In this document: one piece after another, positions 15,637 through 23,438 of the stretch
How positions within the stretch are numbered: position 1 is the stretch's first letter
How the letters are laid out: each line of letters starts with the position of its first letter
Assembly (NCBI GenBank): GCA_023461435.1
Contig: JAEYLC010000010.1
Location: forward strand, 78,669-142,668
Origin: Bacillota bacterium
Lineage (GTDB): Bacteria > Bacillota > Clostridia > Christensenellales > SZUA-584
Length of the DNA: 64,000 nucleotides
Direction of reading: 5' to 3'
Translations under genes and position numbers: made by a program
The notes under the pieces: model-generated
Told to the model about the DNA's origin: nothing
Seen by the model: only the letters and a program-made list of their open reading frames with translations
Database searches by the model: none

Positions 15637-18600
15637 TTGTGTCATTTTTTGGCGGGGAGTGTACAAGCCTTGAGAGCATTAAAGGGTTTAATAGTCGTTA
15701 TTCTGGCAGCGGCATTATGCGTCGGCATATATATATTGATACAAAGTGAACAGAAAAACACGGGGAGCGAACCCGGTGCAACAGCCACGGCGGGCGTGAT
15801 TATCAACGAGTTCATGGCCAGCAACGGCGGCTGCCTGATTGACGATAAAGGCGACAACAGCGACTGGATCGAGCTCTATAATCCCGGCAGCGCAGACGTA
15901 AGCCTCTCGGGCCTCGGGATTTCCGATGATAAAACCTCTGTGAAATGGGCTTTCCCGAATGTGTCTTTAAAAGCGGGCGGCTATGTTGTGGTGTTTGCTT
16001 CCGGCAAATCGGAGACCGACCCCGCGGGTGTGCTGCATACGAATTTTAAGCTCAGTGCGGACAGCGGCGGCATATACCTGATGGATGCAGCGGGTAAGAT
16101 TTTCGATGAAGTGGAATATGAGGATCAGGCGAAAAACGTATCCACAGGTCGGCAGGTGGCCGACCTTACCGCTTGGGTTGCGTTTGACAGCCCGACGCCC
16201 GGGTATTCCAACGACGAGGCCGGTGTTCAGGCGTTTCAGGCGAGCCGTTACGCGGCCGATTCCACGCTGCTGATCACCGAGGTGATGGCGGCGAACAAGA
16301 CGACGCTGACGGATAACAACGGCGCATACAACGATTATATAGAGATATACAACGCGGGCGCGGAGGCCGTGAGCCTGCTGGGCTACGGGCTGTCGGACGA
16401 TTCGCAGAACGTGCTTGACTGGAAATTCCCCGATGTGACGATACAGCCGGGAGCTTACATGACCGTGTTCGCGTCCGGCGAAGATAAAGCGGCGACCGAC
16501 CTCGAAAAGGGCGCGATCCACACGAGCTTCGGCATTTCCTCGTTTAACGAAGTGATCACTCTCGCTTCACCGGCCGGAATCATACTCGATCAGGTCACGG
16601 TGTCCGATTCTCAGGCCGATATGGCTTACGTGCGCACGTTTGACGGCAGCACCTATTTGGACGAATGGACGCTCTCGAGCAAGCCGTCGCCCGGTTATGT
16701 GAATACGGACGAGGGCAGCCAGCAATTCGTCGAGGCCCATCCGGTCGCTCTCGGAGACATCGTGATCAGCGAGGTCATGAGCTCGAATCAGGATTATCTT
16801 CCCGAGGACAACGGCGAGACCTACGACTGGATCGAGCTTTACAACCGCGGCAGCCAGACGATCAATCTGGCGGGCTACGGGCTGACGGACAACACGGGCA
16901 ACCCCGGGAAGTTCCGGCTGCCGGATAAAACGCTTGCGCCGGGAGAGTACTACACGGTGCTCGCGTCCGGCCTCGCGAATGACCAGAGCATAAAAAAAAA
17001 CTATGTGCATACCACGTTTAAGCTGAGCGCAGGCGGAGAGGTTCTGGCTCTTTTTAATAACGACGGCGTTTTGCAGGACAAGCTCAATATCGATACGCTG
17101 CCGCGCGGTTTGTCGGTCGGCAGGATGGCGCAGCAGGACGGACTTTTTTATTTTACGCAGCCGTCGCCGGGCGCGGCGAACGCGAATCCGAGCAGCGGCT
17201 TTGTGGCTGATCCAAAGGCGGACATTCCGGCGGGCCGGTACGATTCCGCGCAGACGGTCACGCTTTCGTGCGCCACGCAAGGGGCCGCGATCTATTACAC
17301 CACGGACGGCACCGTTCCCACCACAAGCTCGCCGGCGTATACCGGCCCCATTCCGATGAGCGCCACAGGGCTCATCCGTGCGCGCGCGTTTCGGGACGGC
17401 TATCTCGACAGCGCCACGTTCACGGCGTCTTATGTGATCGGCGCGTCGCATACGCTGCCGGTGATTTCGCTCGTATGCAACCCGGACGACCTGTTTAACA
17501 CGCAGACGGGCATCTATATGCTGGGGCCGACTCCGCAGTTGATTGAGAACTCCACGGAGCATTATGAGGTCGCGAACTACCTGCAAAGAGGCAAGGAGTC
17601 CGAACGCCCCGCGTCGTTCGAGGTGTTCGACGAGAGCGGCAAACAGGTATTCAGGCAGGATGTGGCCATCCGCATATCGGGCGCATTCAGCCGTGATAAC
17701 CAGCAAAAGTCGTTTTCGGTGATTGCGCGCAGCCAATACGGCAAAGGGACGATGGAATACCCGTTTTTCTCCGATTTGCCGTTCTCCGAATATAAATCGC
17801 TCGTGCTTCGAAACGGCGGTCAGGATCAGTGGTATGCCAAGATAAAGGAAGCGACGCTGCTGAATCTGCTCGGAGGCCAGACCAACGCTTTGATGCAGAA
17901 AGTTAAACCCTATGTGGTTTATCTGAACGGGCAGTACTGGGGCGTTTATTTCATGGAGGAAAAGCGTAGCGTGGATTTCGTCGCGCAGCATGAGAACGTC
18001 GCGGAACCGGACAGCATCAATCTGCTGGTCGGCGCAGGTACGAGTGATGACTCAAGGCATTTGAAAAACGGCACGAACGAAGGCTATAAAGCCCTGCTGG
18101 AATTCATCAAAGCGAATGATATGTCCGTCAAAGCAAATTTCGATCATGTGGCGGCGGAGTTTGATACCGACAGCTTCATGGATGTCATGATCCATGAGAT
18201 CTATGTCGCGAACTCTGACTATTACAATATGGAATTCTATCAGGTGCTGGGCGGCAAATGGAAACAGATTTTCTACGATATGTGCTGGGCTTTCCGCGAA
18301 CCGACACACAGCACATTATCGCTGCGAAGAGGCGACGCCGCATGCGGCTCCAGAATGTTCAACGCGATGCTGGCCTATGGGCCATGGAAGGAAGCGTTCG
18401 TCAAGCGGTTTGCGTGGTCGATGGAAACCTTCTATACCGTGGATCATTTCATCGGTGTGATCGACGAGCAGGCTAATTTGGTGGCGTCCGAAATGCCTGC
18501 GGAGCGTGCGAAATTCACGGACACAAAAAAAGACTGGGATGCCGCCGTTGAATTGATGCGAACGTTCGCCAAACAGCGTCCGAATGAGATTCTCAAGCAG

Positions 18601-18720
18601 ATCAAAAGTGAACTCGGCATTTCGGGCTCCACACTGCGCAGCTATTTCGATTTTTCCGACGAGCAGATGAAAAGCGGCTTTAACCTCTCGGACGAGCAGA
18701 TGAGCAGCCTTTTCGGCTGA
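15637..18720 (+). CDS. Membrane-anchored CotH kinase-family protein with three lamin-tail-like domains and a chitobiase/Fn3-associated-type segment
   Basis: N-terminal TM. Three repeats of INEFMA/ITEVMA/ISEVMS...DWIELYN. GAAIYYTTDGTVPT. CotH-like core RISGAFSRDNQQKSFSV, LNGQYWGVYFMEEK, IFYDMCWAF. The start (TTG 15637 vs TTG 15670) is uncertain. Confidence 0.85.
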   Translation: MCHFLAGSVQALRALKGLIVVILAAALCVGIYILIQSEQKNTGSEPGATATAGVIINEFMASNGGCLIDDKGDNSDWIELYNPGSADVSLSGLGISDDKTSVKWAFPNVSLKAGGYVVVFASGKSETDPAGVLHTNFKLSADSGGIYLMDAAGKIFDEVEYEDQAKNVSTGRQVADLTAWVAFDSPTPGYSNDEAGVQAFQASRYAADSTLLITEVMAANKTTLTDNNGAYNDYIEIYNAGAEAVSLLGYGLSDDSQNVLDWKFPDVTIQPGAYMTVFASGEDKAATDLEKGAIHTSFGISSFNEVITLASPAGIILDQVTVSDSQADMAYVRTFDGSTYLDEWTLSSKPSPGYVNTDEGSQQFVEAHPVALGDIVISEVMSSNQDYLPEDNGETYDWIELYNRGSQTINLAGYGLTDNTGNPGKFRLPDKTLAPGEYYTVLASGLANDQSIKKNYVHTTFKLSAGGEVLALFNNDGVLQDKLNIDTLPRGLSVGRMAQQDGLFYFTQPSPGAANANPSSGFVADPKADIPAGRYDSAQTVTLSCATQGAAIYYTTDGTVPTTSSPAYTGPIPMSATGLIRARAFRDGYLDSATFTASYVIGASHTLPVISLVCNPDDLFNTQTGIYMLGPTPQLIENSTEHYEVANYLQRGKESERPASFEVFDESGKQVFRQDVAIRISGAFSRDNQQKSFSVIARSQYGKGTMEYPFFSDLPFSEYKSLVLRNGGQDQWYAKIKEATLLNLLGGQTNALMQKVKPYVVYLNGQYWGVYFMEEKRSVDFVAQHENVAEPDSINLLVGAGTSDDSRHLKNGTNEGYKALLEFIKANDMSVKANFDHVAAEFDTDSFMDVMIHEIYVANSDYYNMEFYQVLGGKWKQIFYDMCWAFREPTHSTLSLRRGDAACGSRMFNAMLAYGPWKEAFVKRFAWSMETFYTVDHFIGVIDEQANLVASEMPAERAKFTDTKKDWDAAVELMRTFAKQRPNEILKQIKSELGISGSTLRSYFDFSDEQMKSGFNLSDEQMSSLFG

Positions 18721-18941
18721 TGCATGCGGTATATAACGCACATAAATGTGCTTGGGTGATAATGGAAATATACGTCTAAAAGTGTTGTCTTTTGCATGTG
18801 AGCGTGATACAATCATTCGTGATTATTTTACACAAGCTTAACAATGCTGCCGATAAGAGCCGCTAGATCATGCTGCGATGACACATATCAATCCTTGTCC
18901 GCTTGCTATACGGGCGCGGGGAATTTGAGAATAGAGGAACT

Positions 18942-20111
18942 ATGGCACGGGAAGAGGACATCTTCAGAAAACTGAAAAAGCAGACGCCGATCGCCAGACG
19001 CAAGGAAATCCAGCCCTTGTCATCACAGGATTTCAGCCGGAAAAGCAGCGTGACAAGGAGCGGCTCGCAGGGGAAGCGGGCAGCTTCCAAAGCCGCCGAT
19101 CTCAGCGTCTTCTCCGATGCGTCGAAAACGAAAAAGGCCGATAAGCGCGGCGCGGCCTTGGCGAGCCGCTACAACAGCTCGCGGCAGCAGCCCGCAGCCG
19201 AGCTCAATGTATTCGGTGAAGAGACACCGGTACAAAAGCCCGCTCCGAAAGAAACGGTTAAGACCGCGGTAAGAAGTCGGCCGTCTCAGCCCGAAAGGCT
19301 CCAGTATTCCGAGTCGGCGAGGAAGCCGCAGCCGCGCTATACCGAGCAGGAATACAGCCCGGCGGAGCGTTTGTCGCGCACCGATATCCATGATACCGAT
19401 TACCTGCAGGAAACGGCGGCGAGCGGGAAGCTCAACTTCCGCCATGAGCTGAAGTTTTATATCAATTACCACGATTACGTGCTGCTGCGCAATACGATAA
19501 AGGCGCTGCTGGCTGTGGACCGCAACGCGAACGACGACGGGCATTATCATATCCGCAGCGTGTATTTCGATGATGTGTATGAGACGGCGGTGAAGGAAAA
19601 GGTCGCGGGTTACGACGAACGGTGCAAATACAGAATACGCTTTTACAATTACAGCGACAGCGTCATCCGTTTTGAGAAGAAGATCAAGCGCGGGCAGTAT
19701 ATTTCCAAGGTCAGCATCGGCTTGACGCGCGACGAAAGCGACAGCCTGATGGCGGGGGATTGCAGCGTGCTTGAGGGACGCCCGGAACCGCTCGCGAATG
19801 AAATCTATATTCAAATGAGAAACAACGCTTTGAGACCGCGCGTGATCGTGGACTACTGGCGCGAGGCGTTTGTCTCGCCGCTCGAAAACGTCCGCATCAC
19901 GTTTGACAAGGATATAAAGGGCGGGCTGTGGCTCAAGGATGTCTATAGTCCTTTGGCTCCCACGATGCCGGTGCTCGACGAGGGCCTCATGGTGCTTGAG
20001 GTGAAGTTCGACCGTTATCTGCCCGAGCATATCAGGGCGATACTCAGCAATGTGAACGGGGCGAGCAGAAGCGCCATATCAAAATATGTATTATGCAGAA
20101 AGTTTGACTAG
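18942..20111 (+). CDS. VTC-domain (polyphosphate-polymerase-like, triphosphate tunnel) protein with about 165-aa disordered basic N-terminal extension
   Basis: LNFRHELKFYI, HIRSVYFDD, KYRIRFYN, VIRFEKKIK and VLEVKFDRYLP are the alternating beta-strand motifs of VTC/CYTH-type tunnels. GAGGA SD lies before ATG 18942. Confidence 0.8.
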   Translation: MAREEDIFRKLKKQTPIARRKEIQPLSSQDFSRKSSVTRSGSQGKRAASKAADLSVFSDASKTKKADKRGAALASRYNSSRQQPAAELNVFGEETPVQKPAPKETVKTAVRSRPSQPERLQYSESARKPQPRYTEQEYSPAERLSRTDIHDTDYLQETAASGKLNFRHELKFYINYHDYVLLRNTIKALLAVDRNANDDGHYHIRSVYFDDVYETAVKEKVAGYDERCKYRIRFYNYSDSVIRFEKKIKRGQYISKVSIGLTRDESDSLMAGDCSVLEGRPEPLANEIYIQMRNNALRPRVIVDYWREAFVSPLENVRITFDKDIKGGLWLKDVYSPLAPTMPVLDEGLMVLEVKFDRYLPEHIRAILSNVNGASRSAISKYVLCRKFD

Positions 20112-20124
20112 GAGGATTTTTTAA

Positions 20125-20802
20125 ATGAGTGCAACGGATGTTGTAAAAAAAAGCATTCTGGATAATTTCCAGATGAGTGGTGATCTCACGCTGACGGACG
20201 CGCTGATTACTCTGGCTCTCGCGTTCGTTTTGGGCTTGTTCGTATTTCTCATCTACCGGCTCACGTTCTCGGGCGTCATATTTGTGAAGAGTTTTGGCAC
20301 TTCGCTTATTATGCTCACAATGGTTACGGCGATGATCATTATGCCGATTACGCTGAACATCGGGCTGGCGCTTGGCATGGTGGGCGCGCTGTCCATCGTC
20401 CGTTTCAGAACCGCTGTGAAGGACCCTCTCGATACGATATTCATGTTCTGGGCTATCGCCTGCGGCATCACGCTGGGCGCTCAGCTTTACACCATCTCGT
20501 TGGTCTCCTCGGCCGCGATCGGCGTGTTCCTGCTGATCTGGAACCTGTTCAAAGCCAAAAAGAACCTGCCTTTCATGTTTGTCATCCGGTTTGACGAGGC
20601 ATGCAAAAAAGAGGTACAGGCTGTGCTGCGTAAAATGCCTTCGGGCAAGCTGAAATCCAAAATCGTCTCGGAGGGCACGATTGAGCTGACCATCGAGATG
20701 AATCTGAGGGAGAATGAAGCCGGTGTCATCGATTCGTTCTCGGCGATACCGGGCGTACACAATGCGTCGCTGATCAGCTATAAAGGCGACGTGGTTGCAT
20801 AA
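20125..20802 (+). CDS. DUF4956-type polytopic membrane protein
   Basis: ALSIVRFRTAVKDPLDTIFMFWAIACGITLG is the signature I associate with DUF4956. Four to five TM segments plus a soluble C-terminal domain of about 80 aa. Confidence 0.8.
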   Translation: MSATDVVKKSILDNFQMSGDLTLTDALITLALAFVLGLFVFLIYRLTFSGVIFVKSFGTSLIMLTMVTAMIIMPITLNIGLALGMVGALSIVRFRTAVKDPLDTIFMFWAIACGITLGAQLYTISLVSSAAIGVFLLIWNLFKAKKNLPFMFVIRFDEACKKEVQAVLRKMPSGKLKSKIVSEGTIELTIEMNLRENEAGVIDSFSAIPGVHNASLISYKGDVVA

Positions 20803-20830
20803 ATCCGCTGCACTATACATTGAAGATATC

Positions 20831-20860
20831 AAGACCGCCTCTCATCCGGGCGGTCTTTTG
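20831..20860 (+). terminator. Rho-independent terminator after the CotH/VTC/DUF4956 genes
   Basis: AAGACCGCC-tctcatccg-GGCGGTCTT followed by TT. Confidence 0.6.
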
Positions 20861-20873
20861 ACTATGGGAGGTT

Positions 20874-21206
20874 ATGATGTGGGCTTCAAACTTTATCGCG
20901 GGAGGATTGCTGCTTGTTCTTGGCATACTCATACGCGCATTCAACTTGAGCGGACTCATCGCGGGATATAACACGGCCTCGCCCGAAAAGAAAGCCAAGG
21001 TCAACGAGAGGGCGCTCACGCGCTTTGTCGGGATGATGCTTGTTTTTTCGGGCGCAGTCCTGATCGTTGGCGGCGTTTTCGTCGCGCTTGACGTACTATC
21101 GTTTTATATGATGGCTGTTTCGTGGTCTCTTTTCTTTGTGATCATCATAGCCGGGCTGATTTATGTGAATCTGAGCCAGAAATTTAAAACGGGTCAAGGC
21201 CGATGA
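20874..21206 (+). CDS. DUF3784-type small membrane protein
   Basis: Three TM segments and the LIAGYNTASPEKKAK motif typical of DUF3784. GGGAGG SD. Confidence 0.7.
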   Translation: MMWASNFIAGGLLLVLGILIRAFNLSGLIAGYNTASPEKKAKVNERALTRFVGMMLVFSGAVLIVGGVFVALDVLSFYMMAVSWSLFFVIIIAGLIYVNLSQKFKTGQGR

Positions 21207-21212
21207 CGTTCT

Positions 21213-21821
21213 TCAGCGGGAGAGAAGCTGGGCAATAAAGCGGTCATTGTAGGTTTGCTTAACCTCAATATCGGTCCTCCTGATTTCCATATCGTTGTAA
21301 AAGGATGTCACCGTGAGATTGCAGGAATCCACCGGGGTTCCCGCGCTGCCCACCGGCGACCAGTATACCGTATCGCCCGACTCGAAGGTATAGCTTTGGC
21401 CGATGTCTTTGGCGACATAATCGGGTGCGTGCCAAATGATAAGCGACCCCGAATCGGCTTGAATATGTATTTCTTGTTTATAGACAGCATTCATGTTTGA
21501 TTCCACAACGAACGCATACCCCGGCAGACTGCTCATATTGGCTTGATAATCGAAAAGAAGCACGGGCGCATCAGGCTTCAGCATCGCTTCTTCCCGGTCT
21601 GAAGTAAAGGCCTTTATCACAAAGCTTCCTGACGAGGGCGAATTGAGCAAGTCAAAGAGGAGAGGAATAACCAGCCCGAGGGCACAAATCGTAATGGCGG
21701 CGATGAGTCCCATCCACGCCCGTTTGAACATATGCATGGAGGAAATGCGATCCTTAAGCCAAATGGACAGCGATTTTTTGTGTGCCGGGCAAGATTCGTC
21801 GGACATATATGCATGCATCAT
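21213..21821 (-). CDS. Membrane-anchored protein of unknown function (paralog A)
   Basis: GGGAGG SD, one TM (WMGLIAAITICALGLVIPLLF). Its extracytoplasmic domain is shared with 21967-22623 (IIWHAPDYVAKDIGQSYTFESGDTVYWSP...CNLTVTSF). Confidence 0.7.
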   Translation of the reverse strand: MMHAYMSDESCPAHKKSLSIWLKDRISSMHMFKRAWMGLIAAITICALGLVIPLLFDLLNSPSSGSFVIKAFTSDREEAMLKPDAPVLLFDYQANMSSLPGYAFVVESNMNAVYKQEIHIQADSGSLIIWHAPDYVAKDIGQSYTFESGDTVYWSPVGSAGTPVDSCNLTVTSFYNDMEIRRTDIEVKQTYNDRFIAQLLSR

Positions 21822-21966
21822 TAAATACCTCCCGATCCGGTTGTCTCAATTAATATATATCACAAAAAGTCAGCTCAATTGCTAACTTCATGCAAAGCTT
21901 TATTTTGAGTCATGTTAATAACGTAAAAACGAAGATCAAAGAGTTTCCCGTTGCTTGATATTGCGG

Positions 21967-22623
21967 TTATTTGAGCTCGGCGGTGTAATTAAAATCCGAT
22001 GTCTGACTGATCAAAACGGAAACGGCATGGGCCTGATTGTCGCTGTCGTAGGCGGTGACGGTCATATCGCATCGGGCTATGGGCGCGCCCTGATCGTCCA
22101 GCGGTGACCAGTAAATCGTGTCGCCGGAAGAAAGCACATAGGTGCTGCCGCGCTGCTTTGCGGTATAATCGGGCGCCCCCCAGGTGATGAGCGTCCCTGC
22201 GTTCACGTCGATGCGGATGCTGTCCTTGCTCAAGTCCTGACTGTCTGCGGTGACGATGAAAGGCATTCCCGGCACATCGCTTTGAGCGGGGGAGTATTCG
22301 TTGAGCTCAAGCGTCACATCCGGCTGCAATACCGTCTCTTTCCATTCGGCGGCGTAGGCGACGACACTCAGCTCGGAATTTCCGGCGGGCACTGCCGAAT
22401 TTTGCGGCTGCTCCGATACGGCGGCGGGTGGTTCTTCGGGAGGAGCAACGGCTTCGAGCAGCGAGGGCAGGGCCACCGCAATCGCGCAGATCAGCACGGC
22501 AGCGCCAATGCCTATGAACAGCCTTTTTTTTATACCCGCGGACGCCTCGGCCCCGGAATCTTCCGGCGATACGAAATTTTCGTCCAGCGGGTCAACGGGC
22601 TTTGATAAGAGATCCTTCTTCAT
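21967..22623 (-). CDS. Membrane-anchored protein of unknown function (paralog B)
   Basis: AGGAGG SD, one TM, Pro/Glu-rich linker, conserved domain LITWGAPDYTAKQRGSTYVLSSGDTIYWSP...CDMTVTAY. Confidence 0.7.
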   Translation of the reverse strand: MKKDLLSKPVDPLDENFVSPEDSGAEASAGIKKRLFIGIGAAVLICAIAVALPSLLEAVAPPEEPPAAVSEQPQNSAVPAGNSELSVVAYAAEWKETVLQPDVTLELNEYSPAQSDVPGMPFIVTADSQDLSKDSIRIDVNAGTLITWGAPDYTAKQRGSTYVLSSGDTIYWSPLDDQGAPIARCDMTVTAYDSDNQAHAVSVLISQTSDFNYTAELK

Positions 22624-22770
22624 CGTTCATTCCTCCTCTTTTATCAATTCTATACGCACGGCGTCTGTCCTGCAAGCTTTTAATGCTTTCGCGCTTTTTC
22701 GACATTATACCTTAACTTTCACCGTCTATGCAAACGCACATTCGGGCAAACATACATTCTCTACCACATA

Positions 22771-22799
22771 TTGTATGGCCCAAAAACAGCGTCTACAAT
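22771..22799 (+). promoter_or_regulatory. Candidate dcw (Pmra-like) promoter
   Basis: TTGTAT (22771-22776), 17-nt spacer, TACAAT (22794-22799). Confidence 0.45.
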
Positions 22800-22871
22800 T
22801 AAAAAAATTTACTGAAATTATATTCAGATTCAAGAAGGAATTACAGCTTCGATACCGAATAGTTTTAAGCA

Positions 22872-22930
22872 AGTGGGGAAAAGTGGGTAAGAATGGTGAG
22901 GAAAACTCATCAAGTGGTGAAAAGTAGACG
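22872..22930 (+). promoter_or_regulatory. Candidate MraZ operator: GTGGG-type direct repeats phased at 10 nt
   Basis: AGTGGGGAAA|AGTGGGTAAG|AATGGTGAGG|aaaactcatc|AAGTGGTGAA|AAGTAGACGC, about 70-130 nt upstream of mraZ. Confidence 0.55.
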
Positions 22931-23000
22931 CCACACCCTAAAGCCCCGGTATTGGGCGGCGAATGTCTGACGAGGCATCAAGGCTGCCGGAGGAGAGACA

Positions 23001-23435
23001 GTGCAAGGATCGCTTATCGGACGTTTTTTTCATAGCGTCGATGAAAAAGGCCGACTCGCAGTGCCTTCAAAGCTAAGAGTCGAACTTGGCGAACCCTTTT
23101 ATATCACACGTCTCAACCAAAACTGCCTGAGCGCCTTTTCGGAGGAAGAGTGGGATAAGTTTGCGGCCAAGCTCGGTGCGATTCCGCAGTCGGATGCCAA
23201 GGCTCAGTGCTATGTACGTATGATCTTCTCAGGTGCGAGCAAATGCGAGCCCGACAAGCAAGGCCGCATTCTCATCCCGCAGCAGCTTCGTGAAGAGGCG
23301 GGAATCGATAAGGAAGTCGTGATGATCGGCGCATCCAACCGTGCCGAGATATGGGGCAAAGAGAAATGGGATGCGTATATGCTCGAAGTGGCCGGAAGCG
23401 ACGCGATTGCGGGGCTTGCGGAATACGGGGTATAA
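23001..23435 (+). CDS. mraZ: Transcriptional regulator MraZ
   Basis: GTG start. HSVDEKGRLAVPSKLR and EPDKQGRILIPQQLR are the two SpoVT-AbrB/MraZ repeats. Confidence 0.95.
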   Translation: MQGSLIGRFFHSVDEKGRLAVPSKLRVELGEPFYITRLNQNCLSAFSEEEWDKFAAKLGAIPQSDAKAQCYVRMIFSGASKCEPDKQGRILIPQQLREEAGIDKEVVMIGASNRAEIWGKEKWDAYMLEVAGSDAIAGLAEYGV

Positions 23436-23438
23436 GGC

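Noticed and set aside
16567-17991. 474-aa ORF antisense to the CotH gene
   Set aside because: The plus strand carries repeated, recognisable domains. The antisense translation is Arg-rich with no features.
22508-22927. 139-aa ORF spanning the mraZ upstream region
   Set aside because: It begins antisense inside the paralog B gene and runs through an AT-rich promoter/operator region. The phased MraZ-box repeats explain this sequence better.
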